A DNA stretch of 64,000 nucleotides from Geosiphon pyriformis uo1 (lineage: Eukaryota; Fungi; Glomeromycota), in contig JAAOMT010000226.1 of the NCBI GenBank assembly GCA_016748015.1, positions 62,001 through 126,000 of the forward strand, read 5' to 3'. The translations under genes and the position numbers were made by a program. The first letter of the stretch is position 1. The number at the start of each line of letters is the position of its first letter. The notes beneath the pieces were generated by a model, which worked only from the letters and a program-made list of their open reading frames with translations, was not told where the DNA came from and did not search any database. Shown here in pieces: positions 13,213 to 26,804 of the stretch.

Positions 13213-14973
13213 ATATGCTACCTAAGAAGGTAAAAAAGAGTGACAACTATCTGCCAAGTGTATTCATGTTTGATCGTGATGGAGACCAATTTCTAGTTGG
13301 GATGCCTGGCTCATCTTTAACTAGTTTACAAAAACACCCTGCCTTCCAAATTGTCTTTTACGTTGCTTGATAATTGAATAATTTTAATACAACCCCTTTT
13401 ATATGAGCAAGTGTTGTGATATTCTTGCTTCACTCTCCCCCTTTTTTCATCTGCATTCTTAGACTGTTTTCTGTAAAGGGCTTTCATGATTGTAAAGTAT
13501 TATTAAGTCTTGGGAATACTTTTTAATCTGGTAAGTAATTTTGTTGGCCAGATCAAAGTGTCCGAGTAACTACATAGATAAATAATATCCAACCATTTAA
13601 AGGGTGACTAAAATTTTTTTAATCTACATGACAACTTTGATTGAATTTCCGATATCCTGGATTTCTATAATCATCTTTGATGTTTGATTTCTAAATATTT
13701 GGTTTTTTCTCGCCCAAGGTCCCATGTTGTCTATAAAGCCACGTGCTGTAGTTCGCGGGTCAATTATGTGCAAATTTTAAAGTATTTTTATTATGGGACT
13801 AAATAGTGATTTTTAAATTAACAATAATCGATTATGTCTATTAAATTAGATTTGCTTATATGCAAATAATACTATAAAAAATCAATTAGTAACATGTGAA
13901 AATTTTTTTGATAAATTTCTATTAAATTGAAGTTTAATATGATTGAACTAAATTGTTTAAAAAGATTTAAAAGAATTGATAAATTATTAACTTATAACAA
14001 AATAATAATTAGAAAAATTATTTATTTAAAATAATAATATTATGCATAAAATTAATTCATTTATTGATTTAAATTTATTCAAAAAAATAAAATTGTAAAA
14101 ATTAGTTTATTCAAAAATTAAAATAAATAAAACAGAAATAGATTGTATTGAAACAAAAAATATCAATATTAATTATAATTTAAATTGTTTAAAAAATAAA
14201 AATAAAATAATTTGTTTATATTATTTACAACATAAATTATATGTAAAAAAAAATATAAATTTAAAAACTTATTTTACTTTAAATTTACATTAGTAATATT
14301 TAAAATAAAATACAAAATAAAATATGTTAAAAACTATCAATTTATAATTTTATTTATAAATAAAAATTTAAATAAATAATTTAAATTATATTAAAATTTT
14401 TTTATTATATTAAACCAAATATGTTTTACTTTTGTATAGCATAATTATTATATATTAGATGTAAATTATATAACAAATTACATATAATTAATAATTTAAA
14501 CTACTTTAAATTAAATTTATAAAACAAACTTTTTGTATTTATTTTATTTAATTAACAGTTTAAATATTTTTTATTTTTTATAGCTTTTTTGTTAATATTA
14601 ATATTAATATTAAAATATTGCAAATTAACAAATTCTTAAATGTTTTATTATTTATAAAAAGTTCTGTTTTATTATTTATCTTTTTTTTTAAATTAAAAAA
14701 AAAATTGATTTGGTTTTTTATAAAAGATAACTAAATATTAAATATTATAGTAAATTTGTTTTTAATATTTAATTAAAAAATAATATAAATTTCAATAAAT
14801 CTAATTATATATTTTACTAATTAAGTTGATTTTTTTAATTTAAATTCTGTGAAATTTAAATTTTTTATTCAATATAAATTAAGATATAATAATTAAAAAA
14901 ATAATTTTAAAATAAAATATAAACCAAAAAATTGATATATAAAAACTTTTTATTTTATTTTTTTATTACGAAT

Positions 14974-14998
14974 TTAACGAGTAAAGCCCAACCACTAA
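14974..14998. repeat. Partial copy of the TTAACGAG..GCCCAACCACTA end motif
   Basis: TTAACGAGTAAAGCCCAACCACTA here versus TTAACGAGTGTGGCCCAACCATTA at 18367. Confidence 0.6.
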
Positions 14999-16854
14999 AA
15001 ATTTTAAGCTTAAAAATTACAATTACATATTTTTAATCAAAATAAATTAATTAGTTTGATCTTAAAACTATAAAACAATTTTTTTAATTTTAAAAAGATT
15101 TAAATATTGTTTTTTTTACTAATTAATTAATTAATTAAAAAAACAATTACAAACTATTATGTTTTAATTTAATAAAAAAAAACTTTATTAAATACTTTAA
15201 AACCATTTTTAATATTGTTAAAAATATGATATAAAACAATAAAAGCAATTTTAAATACAATAAAAAAGAAAAAAAGAAAAAAATTCAAATTTAATAATAG
15301 TATTTAAATAATTTTTAAATACATTTTATATATAAAAATTAAATATTATTTTTAAAAAATATTTTGGTAATATTAAAATTATGCAATAATTAAAATACAG
15401 TTTAAGGTAATTTTTAAAAAGTTATTATATATTAAAATAAAAACTAAATTAAAATTTTTTTAATAATTAATAATTATTTTTAAAAATTACAATATTTTTT
15501 AAGAAAACTATTTAAATTTTTAGATTATTAGTCTAAATATAATTAATTAAAGCTATATATTAAGATATAATTTGTTTTATCTTGTTTTAATAATCAAAAA
15601 AACTGCTAAAAATAATTGTATTAAACAATATTATTATTTATTAATTTGTATTTATTTTAAAAAACATTATAGAGTAAAAACAATACTAAAATTAGTTTAA
15701 ATATGTTATTTTAAAAAAATCGTAATTAAAAAAAACTTTTAATCAAAGACAAAAAAGTGCTTTTTAAATAATAAAAGCTAATTTGTTTTTAATACACTTA
15801 TAAAAATACTTTTTCAATGTTTTGTTTAATTGTTTTATAATTAAAAAACTTTTTAAGCAGTTGTTTTTTTTAATTATAATAATTTACTATTATATGTAAA
15901 AACAATAATCAATATTAAAATTAATAATAAAAACAATGTAAAATATATTTCATTTTATTAATTTTCAAAGATTACTCTATTTATTAATTTAATTTAAATT
16001 TACACTTATAAACAAACAAAAATATAATAACACATTAATTTTTGATTTTGGTGATTGTCAAAAAACTAGATAATTTAAATACCTTTGTTTTCATCTTTGT
16101 TAACTATTAATTGTAAAAATTATGCAAAAACTTGACTATTTTTTTTGAACATACCTAATCTTTACAACTGGTCAACACTATCCATGAACAAATTTTTTTT
16201 GCCAATAAAATTTTTGTTCATTAAAAATATTGCGCAATACAAAAACAACAAAATGTAAAGATGCTATTTCTCCAATTTTCTGTATAAGTTCGTTAGTAAG
16301 CCATTTTTTAAAAAACATAATTCTCAAAACTGCACATAATAAAATTTCAATGCAAATTTTTAAACTCGATGTTGTATTTTTTACTGCAAAAGTGATCCTA
16401 CAGCTTACCTTGGGTTAGTGATGTCAGAAGGATCTACACGCAAAAGACAGCACAAAAGGCAAGATGTGGTGTGTTCGTGTAATAACATATGTTCACTGGC
16501 TGGTCTTGTTGTAACATACCCCATAAAAAAGACTACACTTTCTTCTACGGAGAACAAAAATTCCTGGGCATGCTTATAGCCAAACCCAACTTATGGCGAG
16601 AAAATCTCTCGACACGATAAAAATTGACAGTCGAGTCATTTTACGGATCATTCTTGAAACGAAATAACAGCTCTGTATACTAGTGGAAGTTAAAGTTTTA
16701 ACGGAAAATGAGGCAATCCATATTCTCAATTTGTGTATGATTAAATCGAAATTTCAACTATTCTATCAAGGCTTGGTTCTTTCAAAAAAGATTCATATAT
16801 AACTACATATCATTTTTTAAAATTGTTCAGCGTCTGTTTCCCCCTTTCATTCCT

Positions 16855-17674
16855 CTACTTTCTCATGTTGTACTCTCTTGGTTTACCGGTTTTAATTTGG
16901 TAAGTTTTTAAAGTATTACCAACTGTACTGATAGCTCCGAGACTAGCCAAAGAAACATGGTAAGGATCCTTGATCGCATAAGCTTTTGGACCGGTAGCAG
17001 CAAGTAAACCGATGGATGCCACTGAAACACAAAATAGAATTGTAAAAAAAGAGCACAGAATTCAAGCAGAACGCTCACCAGAAAATTACTTACAAGAGGC
17101 AATATAATATCCCGTGTGGACCTGATTGTTGTTAATCATATAACTATACCAAAAGCGAAGAATACGGTTATAAAAGAACCGCATAAAAGCCCGAGGAATC
17201 TAACTCACTTACGCGGCACCAGCATATCCAGCAGCGATAGCAGCTGCTATGGCGGCAGTTCTCGGTTGTCTTAAATATTGATACGCGTATCCTGCTCCAA
17301 CCGTACCTAAAAATGCAAAGGTATTGAAAATAAAATACTAATACTAACGCGCCAGCATACAGCTGAAATTAAATGTTTTAAAATATTCGCATTTATCATT
17401 TCTCAAAAAAATCAGTGCAAAGCGACACCTTAAAATAATATTTATGCATTGAATATATTTATTGTCTCATCGTTCGAATTTATTCTTTCAACTTACAAGC
17501 AGAAGCCATGAAAATATGAGGCATAGGGTCAACCTCTGAACTCACAGTAGCCAAGGTAGCAGCAGCTTTCTCTGTCTTTGGCGCATTTGGATCAGGATAA
17601 TGTGGGACTGGCACGTTAGCTTGTATATCGGGCTTGTCGGTTTGTGTCTGAGAGCCGGCTTTCACTTCAACCAT
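16855..17674 (-). CDS. Small multi-pass membrane protein, TMEM14-like, 162 aa; exons 17674-17497, 17306-17213, 17143-17094, 17021-16855
   Basis: GT-AG introns and an intact 489-nt frame: MVEVKAGSQ..PMPHIFMASACTVGAGYAYQYLRQPRTAAIAAAIAAGYAGAAYMINNNQVHTGYYIASLASIGLLAATGPKAYAIKDPYHVSLASLGAISTVGNTLKTYQIKTGKPREYNMRK*. Four Gly/Ala-rich hydrophobic segments; the family call is by pattern only. Confidence 0.8.
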
Positions 17675-18366
17675 CCTGTTAATTCTTTAAAGGTGGGTTT
17701 AAAACTGATAGAAAATTTCGTGATGTCTACTTGTGTGTTGAAACAAAAGAGCCAAATAGTATCAAAAGAAGACAAGGAGCTATAGATGACCTTATTTATA
17801 TTACTAGTGTCAATTGCCCCGCAGTTTTACTTTAACTGTCAATCAATCATATTTAATAAACGACGGTGACGATTTCTTATATCATTGTCGAAAATGCATT
17901 GCTGGAAGTGAAAAGAAATCGTGATAAATCCTACGATTTTGGTGTGTCAGTAATTTAAGGAAAAACTTAGTTATTATTAAATGACATAATAATGATGTTT
18001 AATCAGTCGAAGTGACGACACTTCTGTGATAAATTATTACAATTTTGGAGTTATTAGGCAAACGAAGCTTGAAATAAGAAATAAAGTTAGGGAAATAAAT
18101 TTTTGGACAACTTTTTAGAAGATACAAATAGTCCGTAGTAAAACCTTTTTCAACTGAAGTGATTGATTGACGTCGATGATAGGTAAATGTGAGTTGCATC
18201 GCCCTTAAAATTCTTTAAGTCATTTTGAAGGTTGGTTTCTTTGCAAGTTTTTATTTTGTTTTCATGTTTCATGTTTCAATTTTTTAAAAAAAGGTTGGTA
18301 TCAATTAATATATGGTTTTAATAACCTGTATCATTATTTCATAAGTTATTTGTTATTTTTTTTGCA

Positions 18367-18440
18367 TTAACGAGTGTGGCCCAACCATTACCCATTGTGA
18401 TACAGCGTGACTTATGCACTTTTTACACGTGACCAGCCAC
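18367..18440. repeat. 74-bp mini element joining both recurrent end motifs
   Basis: TTAACGAGTGTGGCCCAACCATTA-CCCATTGTGATACAG-CGTGACTTATGCACTTTTTACACGTGACCAGCCAC; parts recur at 9412, 11178, 14974 and 48931. Confidence 0.7.
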
Positions 18441-18445
18441 CTATT

Positions 18446-19182
18446 TGTTATGGTTATGTAAGACAAAATATGTAATTATAAAAAGTATTGTATATATTAT
18501 ACTTAATAATATTATAATTTTAAGCACTATTATTAAATATTAATAATATTATTAATAATATGATTTTTATTAATAATTGTATAAATTTGTCTTATAATAT
18601 ATATAAAAAAAGAAAAAATAAGAATTATAAAAGATGTTTATAAAGTAAAAAATTATAAAATCATTAATATTTGTTTTTAATATTATTGCTATAATATTGT
18701 AAATTAAATACTATTATTAAATATTAATAATGTTACAATTAATATGGTTTTTAACATTAATTATATAAATTTATCTTATAATATACAAAAAAAAATATAA
18801 AGATTATAAAAAAATGTTTATAAAGTGAAAAAATTATATAATTATTAATATTTGTTTTTAAACAAAAATTAACTTAGAATTTTATTTAAAAAATAATAAT
18901 TAACTTTTATTTGAAACACAAAAAATAAATCAAACTACCAAGAATTAATTAAATTATTTTATTAAAGTTGAATTAGAATTTTTTTAATTAGTTATTAAAA
19001 AAATATGATTTTTAAATACTTAAAAAACAAAAATTAAAAAAATTATTAAAAATTATAAAATAGTAAACATAAGTTAAAATAATATAATTTAAATATTTGC
19101 TTAATATGTTTTTATAAAATATTTATTGTATTATTTTATTTATTTAAAATAAAGTTATAATAGAATTAATTTTTTTATAACA
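18446..19182. mobile_element. Probable solo LTR of a further family, with an internal ~180-bp tandem duplication
   Basis: TGTTATGG..TTATAACA termini; TATT on both flanks (18442-18445 and 19183-19186); duplicated block ~18510-18680 / ~18690-18860. Confidence 0.65.
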
Positions 19183-21433
19183 TATTTAAAAAATAATATA
19201 ATTTAAAAAAATTATTTATAATAGAATAAAAATACATATAAAAATAGATAAAAAAATTCAGAACAGAAAAAAAAAAATAGAAAAAAAGAAAAAAATTACT
19301 GTTTATAATAAAATTATTTTAATTATATTAATTATTTATATTTATTAAATTAATTAATTTACTTTAAGCTTATTTAACATTTAATATACCAAAAAACTAT
19401 TTAACATTTGATGAATTTTATAAGAAAAAAAAATTAAAGAAAAATATTTAAAAATAATTTATTATTAAAAAAAACCAAAGTAATAACAAAAACTTTTCAT
19501 TTTATTATTGTTAAATTCTGTTATGTTTTTATTTACAATATTAAAGTATTTTTAAATTACCAAAAAATTGTTGTTCAGCTAAAAATTTTTTTATATATTA
19601 TATTAATATCAAAATAAATTATTATATAAAAAGAAAAAAAACTATATAATACAAAACTTTAATTATATAAAAAATTATTTCAATTTACTATAAAAAAACA
19701 ACAACAATAATTATAACTATTATTCAAATTTATTGTAAAATTGAGCAATATGTTAACAAAAATTATTTAATATTCACAAAAAACATCAAACATCATGTTA
19801 ACAACTCAGAAATTAATTACAAAAAAAACAAGCAAAAATTAAAAACATCTATCTAAATATTAAAAAAAAACTGTTATATAATTAATAAAAAAATATTATA
19901 TTTATTTGTCAAAAAAAAGATCATATTATTTTTTGTTAAAAAATAAGATTTAAATCTTATTAGAAAACATATTATTATTTAAATTAATTTTATAAATACT
20001 AAAAACTTCCAGTTATGCTAATAATTTAATTAAAAAAATATATTAATTACAAAAAAATATTTGTTATTATTTCAAAAGTTTTTTTTTAGCCAAAATTTGA
20101 AGTAAAATTTGGAAATTAAAAAAAAAATTTTGAATCAAAATTTAAAAAGCCCACTAAAAAACCAAAAACAATAATAAAATAATCACACCATATATTACAT
20201 AATTAATAAATTTTTTAAGAAAAAAAAAAGAAATAAATATGTATATATATCTTAAAAAAATACAAAAAGCCATTTAGACAAATAATTAAAACAACTAAAA
20301 AGCAATTTAAATATTATTTTTTTAAAAAAAAATACTGCTAACTTATAATATCAAAGTTTAAAAACAAAATTTATAAACTTTGTCTAATTTAAAAAAGTAT
20401 TTTTTAAATATTTTAGCAATTTAAATATAATAATTCAGCTTTAAAATAAATTCAATATTATTAAATAAGATTAAAATGAAATTATTACTTAATATTTTGC
20501 TTAATTTAACCAAATTTATTATTAAATTAAAGCAATAAAAACAAAATATTATATTAATTCTTAGATTTTAATTTAATCTATTAGAAGATTAAAAAACAAT
20601 ATTCCAAAAAAAGTATGCTCTGCTCAATTTAATTTATTGCTAAAAACTATTATACTCATCAAAGTACTTGAATAAGCTAAAAAAAAGTTAATTATAGCCA
20701 AATAATTAATATAGTTATGAAAAAAATAAAAAAAAATATTAAAAAAGAAAGTAACATAATTAAAATAAAAACTTTTTAAGAAAATAGAAAGTTACTTTAT
20801 TTTAAATACAAAAAAAAACAATACTTATTAAACATTTCAAAAATACAAACAAAAATTTAATAATTATCAACAAAATTGTTTATTGCATTAAAACTTTAAA
20901 ACAGAAATACATACTTATTATTTTTACAAATATATAAAACATTTGATTATTTAATATTGAATGTAAATAATATATAAAACATGTAAAAATAATTATTATG
21001 TGCTATTTTAAATGTTTAAAAATTAATATGTGCTAATATTATATTAATATTTAAATATATATTAGAATTAAAAAACTTATTAATAATAATCTATAATAGT
21101 TAATTCAAATTAATATTTTAAATCTTAAAATCAGCCTATATAGAATTAAAATATGATAGTTTAAAGAAATTTAAATCATGTAAAATTTAGTTAAAAAGTT
21201 AATTTAAACTACTAAAATTATTAAAAAACTTATTTAATATATCAAAAAATCTAAATATTAGAAATAATAATAATAAAAACACAATTAAAACTGAAAATTT
21301 GTCTAAAAATCAAAATTTGAGCTAAATTATATTATCAATAGTTGTTACCAAAAATAACAGTTTTACAGTTATTTTTTTTAAGATAAAAAAAATAAAGTAA
21401 TATTGAACAAAAAGTATCTAATTACTACTATAT

Positions 21434-22174
21434 TATTATAAGTTGGAGTAACAAGTTAATAAATAGCAAAGAAGAACAAAATTGTAGAGTAATGGAAATA
21501 ATTAAAGAGAAAATTACAATAAAGAAGTGAATTAAATAAGTAAGAATTCAATATATGTAATCAATCTCATAAAAATTACAGTCACAAATTTTTTTTGGAA
21601 ATTTGAAGATAAAAAAATAATATAATTGTTAACAAGATAACACTATTGCTATTATTTTATGCTTTAACTCAATAATTCTTAGAATTAATAACAGATATTA
21701 TTATGCTTTTTAATTATTTCTTTATTCAATAAATTACAAGAGCAAGCAATTGCTTTTCAGGCTAATTCTAACAATACAAATCAAGAAAAAAAAAAGATAA
21801 AGTATATGAATGCCAACAAGTAGTTTTTTATTCCAAGATGTTCAGATACTTGAAGGTAGAGAAATAAGCAATATAAAAGAAAATAATTAATAGTGAGTTT
21901 TATTTCATTATTTTAATTATGTTTTTCTATAGCTAAAAGACTTATTACTTATATAGCTATTGAAAATAGTCAATAACCAAGTCAATAATTAAGTCAATAA
22001 TCAAATCAATGTTCAAGTTATTAATTAAATCAATAATCAAATCAATAATTAAATCAATAGTCAAGTCATTAATTAGATTAATGATTACTATCTAAAAATA
22101 ATATGGCTAATTATATAGCATCAATGGCTAATACATGTAATAACTAATAAAAAGTATAAGTTTTAATTATAACA
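21434..22174 (-). repeat. 3' LTR of A2 (nine 12-bp units)
   Basis: Reverse complement of the A1 LTRs. Confidence 0.9.
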
Positions 22175-22949
22175 TTATCTTTTTCAAAGAGATTAAGCTC
22201 TGATAAAATCATATTATTTATGAAATAATCTATTTAAAAAATTTTGTCAGCTCAAAATTAACTAATTTATTAAAGTTTTTTGTAGATAAAATATATAATA
22301 CCTGTGGCAAAATAAGTTTTGTATCCAAAAAACCAAATCTTTATATAAAAGTTTTGGTTTTTTTAGCAATAGTCAAAACTTTTAGGACATTTAACTATAT
22401 AATATCCAAAATTTTTATCTGTATCTCTAAAGTTATTTTTTTTATGAGTTTCATATTTTTTATAATTTCATTAAAACAACCATAGAGTTTTAATTGTCTT
22501 CTATATGACAAGTTTTTGTTTATAAACAAAATTTTTTAGATTGTTTTTCCAATTATGCTAGAAGATATAAGTATTGTTGTTATAATATTTTCTAGCAGAT
22601 ATTTATTTATTTTGCTACCAATTTTTTTTCTTCTGGTAGTGGTTTTTTTTGGTCTAATAACAGTATATATTCTACTTATTAGTTATGGTAGTCTGTTTTT
22701 TAATAGTCAGAGTAGCATTTAGATAGTTTTTGATTTAATATTCATAAAGAGTATAGAAAGTATTTTAAATGTTTTGATTTAGAAAATAATTGTTTATGTC
22801 AATTGAAGATATCTCTGTTTTGGAAATAGTGTATTTATTTATATTTGATTTTTGTTAATCATTTGAGTTAGTATTACCACAACAAATAACCAATAAAGTT
22901 GTTTGTAATATTTTTTAAGTCATGTATCATAAACAAATCAATTATTAAA

Positions 22950-25900
22950 GATTGTTCTATTTTGATCTTGTAGAATATAAGAACTATTGTTCAAAACTTT
23001 GTTAATTAAAAAGAGTGTTTTATAAGTCTTTTTTTAAGCTTTTTTTAAAACAGTTTTATTTTTTTAAAGACAATTATTTATGCTTCTATTAAGGAGTTAA
23101 GAATAATACCAAGTCTTTTTTGTAAAATGTTTTTGTAATTCTCTATTGTGATTTCTTCAAAGAGTATTGTTTCAATGTCAGTTTCTATTGGTAATATTGT
23201 TATGTGTCTATAGAGCAGATAAAAAGATTCATAACTTGTTATATTATAATTTACAGTTTTATAAGCAAACAAAGCTGAAGACGGTACTTTGTTTCATATG
23301 TTTGTTTTTTCACTGGTTTTGGCTAAGGTTTTACATAGTGTTCTATTGAAATGTTCTACTAGATTATTTGTTTAAAAGTAGTAAAAAAAGAAAAGTTTAT
23401 AATATATTCTCATTTTTTTACAAAGTTCTTTAACCAGTGTATTAAAAAAAATTTTTTTTTTATCAGATAAAAGTTCTTTAGAACAGTCATAATGACAAAT
23501 AATATATTCATAAATAAAATTGACTATTAAAATTGCTGTTTGGTCTAAAGTGACTCTTGCTTTTACTCACTTTGTAAGATAGTTGGTAGTTGTAATAATA
23601 TATCTATTGTTATTAAAAGTTATTGTTAAAGATTTAACAATATTTATACCAATTCTGTCAAATGGTTGGCCAACAAAAATTGGATAGATATCTTTTTTTT
23701 ATTGGGTTTATCTTTTTTTCAACAAGTATCACAGATTTTTATGTATTTAGCAATGTCTTTTTCCAAAGTAGACTAATAATAGTGAGCTAAAATTTTCTGA
23801 ATTGTTTTTGTTTTTCCAAAGTATCTAGCTAATGGATTGGTATATATATTGTAAATCACAATTTTTTTTTTTTTTAAATCTAATGACTCTTTGAGAATAG
23901 TTAAGATTTTTTCTGTTTTTTTATATAACTGGTTTTAACAAATCAAATAAAAATTTGATTGTTTGTGCAAATATTTTTTTTGCTGTCAAGTATAGTCTGA
24001 TGAATATTGTTTTTTATCCAAAAATTCTATTAATGCAGAATAGTTATCCAAGTCTATTATTATGTTTGTTTATAAGGAAGTTACTAATGATTAGGTTAAT
24101 TTGGTTTGAAAAAGTTGTACTGTTATTAAATGGTAAATTTAGAGAGAGCATTGGCATTTTGATAATTAGCTCTTTTGTAATATTGAATATTATAGTCAAA
24201 TTCATCCAGATGGAGTATCTAGCAAGTTATTTGTTTGTATTCCAGCTTTTTTTATTGCACAGTCAAACCAAGACTTAATAATCTGTTATCAATAGGAATT
24301 TTACACCAAAAAAATATTGATCCCAGTAATTAATAGCCCAAACTACTGCTAAGTATTCTTGTTCAATAACTGAATAGTTTTTTTCTGCTGGTATAAGGGT
24401 TTTACTAACATATATTATAGTATGTTTTTTGTTATCTTCATTTTTTTGTAAGAAAACAGCACCAAGTTCATAGCCAGATGTATTAGTATACAAGATAAAA
24501 GATTGGTTTAAGTTAAATTGTTTAAGAATTGGTTTAATAATAAGTTTTTCCTTTAGAGTTTCAAAAGCTTTTTGTTGATAAATACTCCAGTGATAATTAA
24601 TATTTTTCCTGAATAGTTGATTAAAAAGAAAGGCGATTTTGAAGAAATTTTTAATAAATTTGTGATAGTAAGAAGTCAAACCAAGAAAAGAACATAGTTT
24701 AAAAACATTCATTAGTTGTCTAATGTTTTGGATTTTTTCAATTTTAACTGGATTAGAAAAGATTCCATCTTTTGTAATAAAATGACCAAGAGACTGGATG
24801 AATTATTGTCCAAAGAAAAATATAATTAGGTTTATCTTAAAACCAGCATTTTTAAGAAGATTAAAAATCTTTTGCAAGTGTTTAAGGCATTCATCTTAGA
24901 TTTTTGAGTATATTATTATGTTATCCAAGTAGATTAGAACAAAGTTTTTTTTACTAATTCAAATACTTTGTTTATTAGGCATTGAAAGGTAAGAAAAGCA
25001 TTAGTGAGACCAAAAAACATAACTGTGAATTCATAAGTGCCATACTTGGTAATAAAAGCAGTTTTCTTTCTGCTTTCTAAATCTATTTCTACTTGCCAAA
25101 ATTCAGCAGTTAAGTCAATAATTGAGAAAAAAACAGCACCATTAAATTTGTTTAACATTGTATCAATCTTGGGAAGTAAATATATGTCTTTTATAGTAAT
25201 AATATTTAATTGGCAATAATTAACACAAAAGCATAGAGTTTCATCTTTTTTGAATACCACTACAACTGAAAAAGCCCATTTACTTTTGGTTTTTTGTATA
25301 AATTTAAGATTTTTCATTTAGTTTATCTCTTTCTTAATGAAATTATTATTGTGTCAATTGAATTGATAAAACTTCAAATAGATGGGACAAGTTTCTTTGA
25401 TGGTAATAATATGTTGTATTACATGAGTTTATTCAGAAGTATTACTTTTTTTTGAGATAACTGGACTATTTCTAGCCAATAAATTTTCAATGTCTACTTT
25501 TTTTTCTTCAGAAAAGAGTTCTCTTTGTTTTATAATAAGAGATTGAATCTTAGGTGATTTATTCTTAAAAAACTTCTGTATTTCTTTTAATTCTTTTCTG
25601 AGTATCAAACTAATTGGCTTCTAATCTTTATAATAGATTAGACAGGACTTGTATTTATTACTAGGAGAATACAAAAATTTATTGCACCAGCACCAGACAT
25701 AAAAACCATATTACTAATAATTGTATTTGGTTTTCTTGCTAGGTTTTTTGTCAAAGATTCTTTTGAATATGTCATAGTAAGACCAGCAGATTAGCTTGCC
25801 ATTTACAATAATTTTTTTTCTGTCAGCTTTGATATTATCTAGTGGTTTGCTATTATTAATAAAGATAGTATAAGCAAGTTCAGCAGTTTTTTTTTTGTTC

Positions 25901-26804
25901 TTTTTGATCTTTTTTTTTATTGCTTTTTTTATTATCTGATTTATCTAATTGATTATTTTTTTAATTCTGCTTGAATACTAAAGGAGTTGTTCAATAACAA
26001 TACTTAACCACAATAAGTTTTTTATCACATCTGATAGTTAGTTTACAAAGTTTATAGTTAAACAAAACTTTTGTCTTTTTGAGCCATTTATTGTTAAAAA
26101 TTATGGTGTACTTTTTAGCTTTAGATATTTCCATATCAGTTTCAATGCTAATGCTATTAATGTAAACAAAAACAGCTTTGGCAATACCAAGTCTTTTTTT
26201 TTTGTTATTATGTACATTGGTCATAAATCTAATTAAGAATCATTAATCTTTCTACCAATAACTTTCAAGAAATGTTTGACAATGATGCTTACAGAAAATT
26301 TACTGTTTAGAATTAGGTTAATAAAATAACCAGTCACTTAAACTTTGCAAATTAAAGAAATAACATTACTATTGTCAGCAAGTCCAGTTTGTCAAGAACA
26401 TTTATTGATTTTTGATGTCTTTTTCTTTGGAATTAAGAATTTGCAAAATTTTTTTCTAAACTGTAGATGAGTTATTAATTGGCCAAAGATAATGTAAATT
26501 GGAGTTTTCATAAGATTTTTGACAATAAAATAGGGACCAGATTTTTGTACTATTTCTGAAGATTTCAATTTTGGAAAATTCTTAAAAACTTTAGCTTTTG
26601 GTAGTTCATTGTTATTAGCAGTTAATGTGAATGCTTTGGTTAGGTTCAGAATAAAATCAATTTTGGCTTTCTTTATTTTTCTTGTTAATTCAGAGGTGTT
26701 GATTGCTAGTTTATCCATGTTATGGTTATTGTTAGTTAGATTAAAAACATAAAAGAGATTTTTTTCTGGTTGGCTTGCACTCTTACTCTTTGAAGATGCA
26801 CTTA
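22950..26804 (-). pseudogene. pol of A2: protease, RT, RNase H, integrase
   Basis: Track ORFs: KTAFITKYGTYEFTVMFFGLTNA, SFLGLTSYY, EKNYSVIEQEYLAVVWAI; HHCC and core integrase remnants downstream. Confidence 0.9.

Noticed and set aside
17349-17362. Possible micro-exon in intron 1 of the membrane-protein gene
   Set aside because: Including its 14 nt would break the frame; exons 1 and 2 join correctly without it.
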